Source of the DNA: Dehalococcoidia bacterium | Lineage (GTDB): Bacteria; Chloroflexota; Dehalococcoidia; Lucifugimonadales; Lucifugimonadaceae | Reading direction: 5' to 3' | Assembly (NCBI GenBank): GCA_965205245.1 | Contig: CBDBGE010000005.1 | Coordinates: 888,770 to 952,769, forward strand | Length of the DNA: 64,000 nt | Part shown: positions 26,653 to 36,547 of the stretch, one piece after another | How positions within the stretch are numbered: the first letter of the stretch is position 1 | Layout of the letters: each line of letters begins with the position of its first letter | Made by a program: the position numbers and the translations under genes | The notes under the pieces: model-generated | Told to the model about the DNA's origin: nothing | The model's input: only the letters and a program-made list of their open reading frames with translations | Database searches by the model: none

Positions 26653-27726
26653 CTAACCACCGGTCCCCAGCAAAACCCGCTGGCGCTCACGCGCTGCGGC
26701 TTGCGTAATCCTGTCGATGATAATCGCCAGGAAGACGATGGCGAGACCGGCGATCGCGCTGTTCCCGGCTTCCTGCCTGCCCAAGGCTCTCAGGACTGCC
26801 TCGCCTAAGCCACCAGCTCCCACGAGTGAGGCTATCACAACCATCGCAAGGGCCATCATGGTCGTTTGGTTTATTCCGGCCATTATGGTTGGCAACGCCA
26901 GTGGGATCTGGACCTTGGTAAGTAGCTGTAACGGAGTGGTCCCGAATGACCGCGCCGCCTCGACCGCCTCAGCCGGTACCTGGCGAATACCCAGGTTGGT
27001 GAGCCGAATTACCGGGGGGACCGCGTAGATCACGGTTGCCATGACAGCCGGCACGATCCCAAGTCCGAAGAATATTATGCCGGGCACCAGGTAGACGAAG
27101 CTCGGCATCGTCTGCATTCCATCCAATATCGGACGCATCAGCGAATCGGCAAATGAGCTTCGTGACCCGACGATTCCGAGGGGAATTCCGATTATCAGCG
27201 AAATGCTGACTGACACGAATATCAGGGCGAGAGTCAACATCGACCCTTCCCACAGGGTGTCGGTTCCGCCGGGAAGCCTTCCCATCATGCCGATCAAAAC
27301 AAGGGCCACTATGGCAAACAACGCCATGACACGGCCGGAGATCTTCCAGGCCGCTAGGCCTACAGCCAGGACGACGACGGGCCAGGGTAACCAAAGAAAG
27401 AAGTCCTCGATGTGGACCACGATCGTAGTTACAACGTTCTTGATTCCGTCGAAAACCCCAGACGCATTTAGAGTCAGCCAGCGTATCCACTCGTCCACCT
27501 TCGTGCCGATCGGCTTTCCCCATTCGGCCGGGAATGCCATGCCGGGACCCCATACGACGAGGCATACGACGAGGGTCGCCACCAGAGCTGCCGCGCTGCC
27601 CGCATACCAGAGCAATTGGTTTTCGAATCTGCCCGGGGTGTTCGTGACAACACCCTTACCGGCTTCGGCGCGGGAATCCTTCGCTAAGTCGGCGAATCTC
27701 GATGTCGCGTTGCTCGCACCAGTCAT
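26653..27726 (-). CDS. proW: glycine betaine ABC transporter permease (ProW/OpuAB-like)
   Basis: 357 aa polytopic protein in an operon with the ProV- and ProX-like genes. Its ATG overlaps the upstream stop (ATGA). Confidence 0.85.
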   Translation of the reverse strand: MTGASNATSRFADLAKDSRAEAGKGVVTNTPGRFENQLLWYAGSAAALVATLVVCLVVWGPGMAFPAEWGKPIGTKVDEWIRWLTLNASGVFDGIKNVVTTIVVHIEDFFLWLPWPVVVLAVGLAAWKISGRVMALFAIVALVLIGMMGRLPGGTDTLWEGSMLTLALIFVSVSISLIIGIPLGIVGSRSSFADSLMRPILDGMQTMPSFVYLVPGIIFFGLGIVPAVMATVIYAVPPVIRLTNLGIRQVPAEAVEAARSFGTTPLQLLTKVQIPLALPTIMAGINQTTMMALAMVVIASLVGAGGLGEAVLRALGRQEAGNSAIAGLAIVFLAIIIDRITQAAARERQRVLLGTGG

Positions 27727-28962
27727 CGCTGCACCTCCTGTTCAAAACCTGGGCCTTCCTCTCCTAGCCCGCCTTCTACCATCCCCGCGAGCAACTCGCC
27801 CCGGTGGATTTCACCAACGAGAATGCCGGATTCGTTGACCACCGCTATCGGATGGTGGGTCTGTGCGGCCAATGGAATGATGTCTTCTATGTAATCGTCA
27901 GGGCTGGCGACCATTGCCGGTTCAAGCTCAACATCTCGCAGTCGCTCAACACGATCGCGTGCTAATGCCGCCGCACGGTCTTCCGTAACGAGGCCTTTGA
28001 GGTCTCCGCTTCGCGGCTCCAGCAGGAATAGACATTGAGTATCCCGGCTCTTCATGATGTGAAGCGCCGCACGCGGTCCCTGCCATTCGTGGACGACCGC
28101 GTCCGTGTCCTGCATGATCGCCCGGGCCTGGATGACCTTGGCCTTCGACACGTCCTGGACAAACTCCGAAACGTAGTCGTCCGCAGGCAGAGTGACGATC
28201 TCTTCGGGCGATCCCCGTTGAATAATCTCTCCGTCCCGCATGATCGCTATGCGGTCCCCAATCTTCAGCGCTTCGTTCAAGGTCATGCGTAATGAACACA
28301 ATTGTCTTGTTAAGCTCCCTCTGGAGTACGATCAGCTGGTCCTGCATCTCCCGTCGTATGAGAGGGTCAAGCCCGCTGAAAGGTTCATCCATCAGGAGCA
28401 CGTCCGAGTCAACCGCCAACGCCCGGGCCAACCCCACCCGCTGCTGCATTCCGCCGCTCATCTCCCGCGGCAAGTAGTCCTCCCAGCCATCGAGTCCAAC
28501 AGTCGCGATCGCCTCGCGAGCGGCTTGATATCTTTCCTCGGTTTCGACACCCCGGACCTCCAGGCCGTAAGCAACGTTGTCCAGGACCCGGCGGTGGGGG
28601 AGGAGACCGTAGTGCTGGAACACCATCGCTACCTTCCGGCGGCGGAATTGGATCAACTCTTCCCTCGTGTACTCGAATATGTCCTCACCGTCGAACAACA
28701 CCCGCCCCTCGGTCGCTTCGATCAGCCTGATCAAACAGCGCACGAGGGTTGATTTTCCGCTGCCCGACAGGCCCATTACGACGAATATTTCACCCGGCGG
28801 CACTCTGATATTGATGTCTCGAAGGCCTACGACAAGATCCATTTCCTCCTGGATCTCATCGCGGCTCTTGCCGGCGTGTTCGGGGGCCAAGGCCCGTTCA
28901 GGCTCATCCCCAAACACCTTCCACAGTCCTTCGACCTTGATCTGGTAATTCTGAGAATTCAT
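27723..28962 (-). pseudogene. proV: glycine betaine ABC transporter ATPase with CBS domains (ProV/OpuAA-like), 1-nt frameshift
   Basis: ORF 27946..28962 supplies Walker A GLSGSGKST, LSGGMQQR and LLMDEPFSGLD up to ...VFITHDL. ORF 27723..28301 continues NEALKIGDRIAIMRDGEIIQ plus the CBS region. An extra C/G at about 28281-28282 separates the two. Confidence 0.85.
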
Positions 28963-29174
28963 TTTTGCGTGGCACTCCGGTGATTTCTTCAGGCGTTAGA
29001 CTACCACCTCGCTTCGTAACAACCGGGCCGGTTCGGTCCGGGGGAAGGTGACACGGTTACCGCCCGCGTCCGACGAATGAGGGTCTGCAGACTTCAGATT
29101 GACTACGTGCCGGTCAAGCCGTACGTTAGTTGCCCGATGAAGTTTGCCGATCAGACATCGGAGGACACGCCAAA

Positions 29175-29867
29175 ATGAGTTCTGACGCGGTCGAATGGGG
29201 ATACGACGGGGCAAAAGGGCCGGAAAACTGGGGATCGCTATCGGAGGAGTACGCGGCTTGCGCCACCGGCAAGCAGCAGTCGCCGGTCGACATCACCGGC
29301 TACGTGGCGGGCGACGCTGAGCCGCTTTCGTTCTCATACGGGACCGACGCTGTAGAGGTCCGCAACGACGGCAAAGCCGTGCATTTCGACTACCCGCCCG
29401 GTAATACGATGAGCATCGGGCAGAAGTCACTGACATTGATCTCGGCGCACATGCACTCGCCCTCGGAACACCTCCTCGACGGCGTCAGTTTTGCGGCGGA
29501 ACTGCATATGATCCACGCAGATGCGGACGGCAACCTGGCCGTGGTCGGGCAATTCTTCAGGCTGGGTGAGTCCAGCCCCGCCGTACAGGCCATTCTCGAT
29601 GCCGCACCGGCTACTGGAGAATCCGTCAGCGACGGTAGGAATCTCAACGCTGGGGATTACACGCCGAACGGGCACGGTTACTATCGCTACGACGGCTCGA
29701 AGACCACGCCACCGTGCGACGAGCCGGTCGACTGGTACGTGATGAGAGAACCGAAGACCATCTCGCAGGATCAGGTCGACCGACTGCTCGCCCTGAGCGG
29801 CGGGCCCAGCAACCGGCCCGTCCAGCCCATCGGCGACCGCGTGATCGTCGCCAGTGCTTGCATCTAA
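29175..29867 (+). CDS. alpha-class carbonic anhydrase without a signal peptide
   Basis: An RBS (GGAGGA) lies 9 nt before ATG 29175. Motifs EWGYDG...QSPVDI...HMHSPSEH...AELHMIH...YRYDGSKTTPPC include the zinc His triad context. Confidence 0.8.
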   Translation: MSSDAVEWGYDGAKGPENWGSLSEEYAACATGKQQSPVDITGYVAGDAEPLSFSYGTDAVEVRNDGKAVHFDYPPGNTMSIGQKSLTLISAHMHSPSEHLLDGVSFAAELHMIHADADGNLAVVGQFFRLGESSPAVQAILDAAPATGESVSDGRNLNAGDYTPNGHGYYRYDGSKTTPPCDEPVDWYVMREPKTISQDQVDRLLALSGGPSNRPVQPIGDRVIVASACI

Positions 29868-29954
29868 GTGCAATCCCGAGGGATCGCGCACAGGAACACG
29901 GCACTTCACGCACGCGTCCTGTCCACAACTTGAATGCAACCGAGGAATCTGTCC

Positions 29955-31451
29955 ATGCCCGAACGCCGCAACCTCGTTTTCATATGCACAGACCAACAAC
30001 GAACAGACACGATGGCCGCGTACGGCAACGACTGGATAGAGACGCCCAATCTCAACAACCTGTCGGCGCGCAGCTTCATCTTCGAAAACGCGTACATAAC
30101 CCAGCCGGTCTGCTCTCCCGCCCGCGCCAGCATCATGACCGGCCTCTACCCGCACTCGGCCGGGGTGATCAAGAACTCCAACCCGCACCGCGCCAACAGC
30201 AATCTGACGCCGGAAGTGCAGACCATCGCCGAGATGATGTCTGACGACTATCTCTGCGCCTACTTCGGCAAGTGGCATCTCGGCGACGACTTGTCGGCGC
30301 AGCACGGATTCGAGCGATGGCTTTCGGTCGAAGACGCCCACGACGATGACTACCCCAACTATCACCGCAAAGAACACCGGTTCAGGAAATCAGACTACTT
30401 CAAGTACCTGGTGTCGAAGGGCCACGTTCCGGAAGGCGACTACGACGGCTACAAGTCGTTCACCCAACATCAACGCGGATTTCTCCCCGAAGAAGACGCC
30501 ATGGCCACGTTCCTCGGTGACAACGCCGCCGAGTTCATCCGTGAACAACAGGACTCGGACCGCCCCTTCATCCTGTACGTGATGATGTTCGAGCCGCACC
30601 CGCCTTACAACGGACCGCTGAACGACCTCTACGATCCGGAAGAACTGCCCGTAGGACCGAATTTCCTGAAAAAGCCGGAAGACAATTTCGCACTGTTCAG
30701 CCGGATTCGGGCAGACCAATACCTTGGCGGCGACGACCGAAGCGAGGAGCTCGAGTCGGAAAGCGACTGGCGAAGACTGCGCGCCCGCTACTACGGCAAC
30801 GTGACCCTCATGGACCGCGGCGTCGGCAAGATCCTGCGCGCCCTCGATGAGACGGGGCAGGCGGACGATACCATGATCGTGTTCACGACTGACCATGCAG
30901 ACTCGCTCGGCGACCGCGGCATGCTCGGCAAACGGGCCTTCTACGACGAGGTAGCGCGAGTGCCGTTACTGTTTCACGTCCCGTGGATTTCCAGAGACGA
31001 GCAACGCCTGCCCGGCCAGTTCGGCCACGTCGATCTCACGCCCACGATCCTCGACCTGCTGGGCCAGGATGTGCCGACACATCTCCAGGGCGCCTCGCGT
31101 GCGCCCGCGCTGCGCGGGCACACAACGTTGGAAGAGGACGACGTCTTTATGCAGTGGCACGGCGAGCCGCCCACCATCAGCCTCGGCAACCCCGACGTCG
31201 AAATCATGGCCGGCGTGCCCTGGCGTTCGATCGTTTCAGGCGAACGTCAACCGGACGGGACCGTTCAGCGCTGGAAGCTGAACCTGTCGCCCGGCGACCA
31301 GTGCGAGCTGTTCGACCTGACAAACGATCCCTGGGAGCAGATCAACCTCTTCGACGATCCGGCCTACCGCGACCGCGTCCGCCTCCTGGCCGGCCGCATC
31401 CGCACCTGGCAGTTCCAGACCGGGGATACGCTGCCCTTACCGGCGGTCTAA
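29955..31451 (+). CDS. Cys-type sulfatase (arylsulfatase family)
   Basis: An RBS (GAGGAA) precedes ATG 29955. LVFICTDQQR...QPVCSPARASIMTG carries the C-x-P-x-R formylglycine motif. No signal peptide. Confidence 0.85.
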   Translation: MPERRNLVFICTDQQRTDTMAAYGNDWIETPNLNNLSARSFIFENAYITQPVCSPARASIMTGLYPHSAGVIKNSNPHRANSNLTPEVQTIAEMMSDDYLCAYFGKWHLGDDLSAQHGFERWLSVEDAHDDDYPNYHRKEHRFRKSDYFKYLVSKGHVPEGDYDGYKSFTQHQRGFLPEEDAMATFLGDNAAEFIREQQDSDRPFILYVMMFEPHPPYNGPLNDLYDPEELPVGPNFLKKPEDNFALFSRIRADQYLGGDDRSEELESESDWRRLRARYYGNVTLMDRGVGKILRALDETGQADDTMIVFTTDHADSLGDRGMLGKRAFYDEVARVPLLFHVPWISRDEQRLPGQFGHVDLTPTILDLLGQDVPTHLQGASRAPALRGHTTLEEDDVFMQWHGEPPTISLGNPDVEIMAGVPWRSIVSGERQPDGTVQRWKLNLSPGDQCELFDLTNDPWEQINLFDDPAYRDRVRLLAGRIRTWQFQTGDTLPLPAV

Positions 31452-32673
31452 CTCGTCGCCGTAAACTCCGCCGCTTCTTCGGAGCCGCCGGTGGCGTCGC
31501 CCTCGCTGTACGAATGCGCACCGGTGCCTGCCAGCCCGCCGCCTTGCACTATCAGGTATTCGTCCCGTATCGGCCGGCCGTCAAAATAGCACTCCAGGAT
31601 TTCCCGGACGCCGGCGGCGTAGCGGGCTTGTGCAGATAGTGACGTGCCCGATGTGTGCGGGGTCAGCGCGTGGTTGGGCGCGCTCCTCCAGGGATGGTCG
31701 TTCGGCGGAGGTTGCGGGAACCACACGTCGCCTGCATACCCTGCCAGTTGGCCGCTCTCCAACGCCCTGACGATAGCATCGCGGTCGCAGATCTTGCCGC
31801 GGGCGGTGTTGACGATGTACGAGCCCCGCTTCATCTTGCTGATCAATTCGTCGTCAAACATGTGCTCCGTCTCGGGGTGGAGCGGGCAGTGGATGCTGAC
31901 CACGTCACAAACGCTGACCAGGGACTCGACGTTGTCGTGGAAGGTGAGACCTAGCTCCTCTTCTACCTCCGCCGGCAGCCTGTGCCTGTCGTTGTAGTGC
32001 AGGTTCACGTCGAACGGCTTCATTCGCTTCAGGACCGCCAGGCCAATTCTTCCTGAAGCCACGACTCCGACGTCCATGCCTTCGATGTCGTACGACCTGG
32101 AGATGGCGTCGGCGATGTTCCAGCCGCCCCTGACTACCCACCCGTATTGCGGGATGTAGTCCCTGACCAACGCCAGCATCTGCATGACAGCGTGTTCTGC
32201 CACGCTGATGCTGTTGCACCAGGTCACCTCTGCCACTGTGATGTTCCTGTTGATCGCAGCCTGGAGATCGACGTGGTCCGATCCGATACCGGCCGTAATG
32301 GCCATCTTCAGGTTGGGCGCTTTCGCGATCCGTTCCGCCGTCAGGTACCCGGGCCAGAAGGGCTGCGAGATGACAACGTCAGCGTCGGGTAACTCGGCCT
32401 CGAACTCGGAGTCGGGCCCGTCCTTGTCCGAAGTCACCACAAAATTGTGCCCACGGTCCTCTAGGAACTCCCTGAGGCCCAGCCCTCCGGAAACCGAACC
32501 CAAAAGGTGACCCGGTGTAAACCCAAGCGAGTCCGGTGTCGGCAGCGACTGGCCATCGGGGTACTGGTCGATGGTCGGGATGTTGTCCAGTAACGGGCAT
32601 ACTCCGGCGGATACCCCGCGATGGGGTCGTCGTACAGGACACACAGAATTTTTTGGGCGGAACCGTCGGTCAT
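31448..32673 (-). pseudogene. fdh: NAD-dependent formate dehydrogenase, 1-nt frameshift near the 5' end
   Basis: Near-collinear with classical NAD-FDH: KILCVLYDDPIAGYPPEYAR | LLDNIPTIDQYPDGQSLPTP...VVTSDKDGPDSEFE...GIGSDHVDL...PLHPETEHM...GDVWFPQPPP...GAHSYS. The N-terminal 25 aa lie in ORF 32461..32673. One T appears to be missing at about 32592-32593. Confidence 0.85.
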
Positions 32674-32759
32674 AGGGCATCTCCAATAGTTGTCTCGGGC
32701 AATTATATGCCCGAATCGGCCGTCCGGCCCCTTCCCTCAACGGGACGGCCGTAAGTCGA

Positions 32760-33842
32760 ATGGGACAGTTTAGAATGTGCGTACCACCGGTGACCGGTAT
32801 GCGGAGCGATATGAGACTTACTTCAAGCGTCGTCGAGATGAGCGATGCGTTCGATGCCATCGAATCTTTCTATGAGCGCGGGTGGAGCGACGGACTGCCG
32901 ATCGTTCCGCCGACGGAAGACGCGGTCGGCAAATTCCTGCAAGCCGCAGGCCTCGAGCCAGGCCACGTGCTGGGAACGGAGCCCGTAAAGGGAGGCGTCG
33001 CCACCGCCGAAAAGGTCGCGATCAACTCGATAATGGCAGGCTGCCGGCCCGAATACATGCCGGTCATCACAGCCGCGGTGGAGGCCATCACGGCCGAAGA
33101 GTTCAACCTTCACGCCATTACGGCCAGCACGATGGGCGCCAGTATTCTCGTGCTCATTAGCGGCCCTGCCGTCACAGACCTCGGCGTTAACTCGGGCATC
33201 TCCGCATTCGGACCGGGCCACCGGGCGAACGCGACAATCGGGCGAGCGCTCCGGCTGATCGTTATCAACCTGTTTGGATCTCGGTCGGGCGAGATAGATA
33301 AGGCGACGCTCGGCCATCCCGGCAAGTACACCTGGTGCTTCGGAGAGTCGGCTGACCGGTCTCCGTGGGTGCCGATTCACGCGGACATGGGCTCGCCTGC
33401 AGACGGCAGCGCGGTAACGCTGGTCTCGGCCCTGAGCGGCATACAGGTCGGTGAGCATGCGGCGAACACCCCCGAGGGTATCCTCGACGCATTTGTAAAC
33501 GCATTCTGGGCCACCGCGCCCGGGATGAGCGAGGTGCTGATAGTGCTGTGCCCGGAACACGTGGCTTTCTTCCGGGACGCCGGCTGGCCGAAATCACGCG
33601 TGGGCGAGTACCTTTATGAAGTCACAAAACGTCCGGCCTCGCTGTGGTCAAATCCGACGCCGAGGTCCCACAATGTGGTGGGCAGCGAGCCGGCCAGCGC
33701 GCTCGAACGGCCCGAGTCGGCAATTGTGACGGTGGCCGGCGCTGACGGCGGCGGATGGAGCGCGGTGATACCGACCTGGTCGAACGGCCACCGGTCGAAA
33801 GTGGTCACCAGGCCCGTTACTATGACGGCAAACAACTCATAG
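32760..33842 (+). CDS. conserved hypothetical protein (start uncertain)
   Basis: Long ORF with coding-like composition (...FYERGWSDGLPIVPPTE...). I recognise no motif. Alternative starts lie at 32811 and 32838. Confidence 0.6.
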   Translation: MGQFRMCVPPVTGMRSDMRLTSSVVEMSDAFDAIESFYERGWSDGLPIVPPTEDAVGKFLQAAGLEPGHVLGTEPVKGGVATAEKVAINSIMAGCRPEYMPVITAAVEAITAEEFNLHAITASTMGASILVLISGPAVTDLGVNSGISAFGPGHRANATIGRALRLIVINLFGSRSGEIDKATLGHPGKYTWCFGESADRSPWVPIHADMGSPADGSAVTLVSALSGIQVGEHAANTPEGILDAFVNAFWATAPGMSEVLIVLCPEHVAFFRDAGWPKSRVGEYLYEVTKRPASLWSNPTPRSHNVVGSEPASALERPESAIVTVAGADGGGWSAVIPTWSNGHRSKVVTRPVTMTANNS

Positions 33843-33865
33843 CGACTGCAAGGGAGGCATTCCCC

Positions 33866-34411
33866 ATGACCAACCAGGAAACCCTACGCGTGATGGACCC
33901 GACCTTCGTCCCTGCAGTCGCGTCGCCGGCCATGGCAGAAAGGCCGCGCGACCTGAACGGCAAGACGGTAGGTCTGCTGGCCAACGACAAGCTGAACGCC
34001 CCGGAACTGCTCGACGCAATACACGAGGTCCTCACTGACAGCTTCTCCCTGGCGCCCGCTCACCGCGTGAACAAGGGCAACGCAAGCAATCCCGCCGACC
34101 CAGACCTGCTCGACAAGATCGCAGGCGACGTGGACGTGGTGATCACTGCAAACGGCGACTGAGGGAGCTGCTCGTCGTGCAGTCTGCACGACTCCATAGA
34201 ACTCGAAAAGCGCGGCGTCCCCGCGGTGGCCATCTGCACGGAGCCGTTCGAGACCAGCGCCCGCGCCATGGCAAACCTGGGCGGTATGCCCGACTACCCG
34301 TTCGCGGTGGTCGAACACCCGATAGGCAGCCTGACGCCGGAACAACTGCACCAGCGGGCCATCGAAGCGGCGCCGCAGGTCATCAGGACACTGCTGGCCC
34401 GTCCGGAGTGA
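33866..34411 (+). CDS. probable selenoprotein with in-frame UGA in a D-U-G-S-C motif (UGSC-type)
   Basis: An RBS (AGGGAGG) lies 8 nt before ATG 33866. ORFs 33755..34162 and 34226..34411 are in the same frame, separated only by TGA 34160-34162, with no other stop between them. Read-through gives ...VVITANGD-U-GSCSSCSLHDSIELEKRGVPAVAICTEPF.... Confidence 0.7.
34174..34192 (+). promoter_or_regulatory. SECIS-like hairpin 11 nt downstream of the in-frame UGA
   Basis: GTCGTGCA-gtc-TGCACGAC gives 8 bp, or 7 bp with an AGUCU loop. The apical loop contains G and U. Confidence 0.5.
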
Positions 34412-34429
34412 CGAGCTAAGGCGGGCCCG

Positions 34430-35134
34430 CTATGTTCGAAACAGTCCCAGGAATCGGTCCTCGTACTCTTCGAACAGGTCCCATTTCTTCAGTTCCCGCA
34501 TAACCTCCGACGGCTCGATACTCCCTTGCCTGGCGCCTTCGAGCATGCGCTCGACGCGCCGGCGGGCGTCCGCCGGAACGCCGTCCGACATCTCCAACAT
34601 TCCGGCGGACCGCATCTGCGCAACGTTCCTTTGGGCCGAGTCGTTAGTCAACTCGTAGATGAACTTGATCAGCGACACGTCCCACAATTCGTCGATGCCG
34701 ATTATCACCGCTTCGAGCCCCGATTCGCGGGCGTCCAGGTCCCGTGCGATCCGGCTCGCCACCTCGTCGACGCCGCCCGAAACGATATCCATGCCGCCCG
34801 GCTCGTTCTTGTACGAATAGAGGAGGCCCGGCGAGTCCGGACCCTGGGTGCGGGCGAGTTGCTCCAGGAACTCCCGCGCTCCGGCGCTGAACGACTCCGT
34901 CTTCAGCAGGAAATAGGGAGTCACCACCTGCGGCCTTTCGGCCTTGACAACTCCACCGCGAACAACAGTTTCCACGGTCTCGACCGGGTTCACGTCCCGA
35001 AACGCGGGTTCGGTAACCAGGTGGTACCTGATCTTGGTTACACCGAACGTCTCGAGCGCCTGCCGCGGCGGCCGGACGACCCGAGTGCGCTCGAGGACCA
35101 TGTCAAAACGGGGGTCTCTTCTTCGCTCTTTCAC
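34430..35134 (-). CDS. hypothetical protein
   Basis: 234-codon ORF from a GTG, with an alternative ATG at 35101. No recognisable motif. Confidence 0.55.
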   Translation of the reverse strand: MKERRRDPRFDMVLERTRVVRPPRQALETFGVTKIRYHLVTEPAFRDVNPVETVETVVRGGVVKAERPQVVTPYFLLKTESFSAGAREFLEQLARTQGPDSPGLLYSYKNEPGGMDIVSGGVDEVASRIARDLDARESGLEAVIIGIDELWDVSLIKFIYELTNDSAQRNVAQMRSAGMLEMSDGVPADARRRVERMLEGARQGSIEPSEVMRELKKWDLFEEYEDRFLGLFRT

Positions 35135-35465
35135 ACTATGAATATTAACCGCTTGCTATCGACAAGACCCAGGCGGCGTGGCATTGAACGCAAAATGAAT
35201 TGATCAACAGCCGCCTGTCAGACCCCCAGCCATGTCATCTGTATGTTGAAAATGTCCCAGATACGCTCTCAGACGACCACTCGTAGGGGCGTCTCTTGTG
35301 GGCGCCCGTGAGGGCGGGGCGCGGCAACTGACGCAATGCCATTTCGTGATCTGTTTGGGACTCTTTAGACGCCCTCTTAGCCCCTAAAAGGCCGTAGCGC
35401 CCCGAATCATGCTGCACACGCAGGACCATGGCAGACCGCCCACCACAGCGTAGCGCCTTAACGCC

Positions 35466-35500
35466 GTCTCAGATCCCTCGTCTTCGCTCGGGATGACATA
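35466..35500 (-). repeat. short interspersed motif (ATGTCATCCCGAGCGAAGACGAGGGATCT on the minus strand)
   Basis: A related copy lies at 52622..52652 on the plus strand (ATGTCGTCCTTGAGCGAAGCGAAGGACCT). Confidence 0.45.
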
Positions 35501-35587
35501 TAAACCTACGGATGACAAGCAAGGTCTTGTGGTGACGTGTAGTGCCCTTTGGATGACAACGTAGCAGACCAGTGTTTCGGGATGAGA
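35491..35587 (+). repeat. four direct GGATGA(C/G)A octamers in a long non-coding gap
   Basis: The octamers start at 35491, 35510, 35551 and 35580, giving spacings of 19, 41 and 29 nt. Confidence 0.4.
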
Positions 35588-35671
35588 TTTGGAGCGCGCA
35601 GGCGAAAGCCCGCTAATGGAGAATTGACATCCGGGGCTAACCGCTCGAATGAACTCAGGTTAATCGGCCGG

Positions 35672-36547
35672 TCAACCGGCCAACATCTCTTCGATGTTCG
35701 CCTCGAGTTGCTCCAGGTATTCGCCGTAAGAATTGTTCTGGTAGAAGAGCTGTTCCTGGCCGTCGGCGCTGTCATACCAGGCAAAGTGCCCCGGTTCGGA
35801 CTGGTAGACCGCTTCCTCCGGATCCACCTCGACCAGCTTGAAGAAGTCCTCCACGTAACGGGCGCCGGTCATTCGCCATGTCGGGCCGCCGCTGACGATG
35901 TGCGCCCGGCCAGTCGGCACAGAGGGATCGGTCGCTGAGATCAACGCCGATACCGCGTCATCGCGGTGCACGAACTCGATCTGCTGGTCGGGTCGAAACG
36001 GCCACTCGGCGGGCGGTTCCTGGAAAACCGGTATGGCCACCCCGCTGATCCGCAGGGCGATCCAATCGAGGCCCGATTCCCGAACGAGTTGCTCGGACTC
36101 GGCTTTCGAGCGGGCGTAGTGGTCGTCCGGCGTCATGGGGTCGCATGCCGTGACGATGCGGCCGGGCTCCGCCGGACGACCGTATACGCTGACGGACGAA
36201 CTGAACACCACCCTGGCGCCCGGCGCCAACCGGCCCATCCCTTCGAGCAGGACCCTAGTCCCCTCTACGTTGACGCGGTTGGTCAACTCGGGGTTGGATT
36301 CGGACACCGGTGGCAGGATGGCGGCGAGGTGGACTAACGTTTCTACCCCGTCGACGGCCGCGGCAACGTCCGACGTCGAGGTGATATCTCCCGATGCGAC
36401 CTCTATTTCCTCGTCCGCATCGAATGGCGAAAAATCGGCCGACGGTAGATCAAAGACGCGAACGCGTTTGCCCGCGTTTCGCAATTCCCCGACCACCAGG
36501 CGGCCCATGCTGCCGGCGCCGCCTGTGACGAGTATCGGGCGGCTCAA
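35672..36547 (-). CDS. NAD-dependent epimerase/dehydratase (extended SDR)
   Basis: The N-terminus ILVTGGAGSMGRLVV is a GxxGxxG Rossmann motif. 291 aa. Confidence 0.8.
   Translation of the reverse strand: MSRPILVTGGAGSMGRLVVGELRNAGKRVRVFDLPSADFSPFDADEEIEVASGDITSTSDVAAAVDGVETLVHLAAILPPVSESNPELTNRVNVEGTRVLLEGMGRLAPGARVVFSSSVSVYGRPAEPGRIVTACDPMTPDDHYARSKAESEQLVRESGLDWIALRISGVAIPVFQEPPAEWPFRPDQQIEFVHRDDAVSALISATDPSVPTGRAHIVSGGPTWRMTGARYVEDFFKLVEVDPEEAVYQSEPGHFAWYDSADGQEQLFYQNNSYGEYLEQLEANIEEMLAG

Noticed and set aside
31448-31451. Convergent sulfatase and FDH genes overlapping by 4 nt (CTAA), and the 1-nt gap between the convergent genes at 22677/22679.
   Set aside because: Tight convergent packing is noted, but it is common in compact genomes. 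I see no associated structure or element.
32674-32860. N-terminal 60-aa extension of track ORF 31448..32860.
   Set aside because: The extension has no similarity to formate dehydrogenases. The genuine N-terminus (MTDGSAQKILCVLYDDP...) is in ORF 32461..32673, so the extension is read-through of the wrong frame caused by the 1-nt indel.
34177-34419. Alternative-frame ORF 34177..34419 downstream of the TGA.
   Set aside because: It is out of frame with both flanking coding segments. The same-frame continuation (34163 onward, GSCSSC...AICTEPF) is the coherent reading.
35235-35429. ORF 35235..35429 (64 aa) and ORFs 52392..52733 and 52404..52748 in the two repeat-rich spacers.
   Set aside because: They have no RBS and low-complexity translations, and they overlap interspersed-repeat sequence. 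They are likely spurious.
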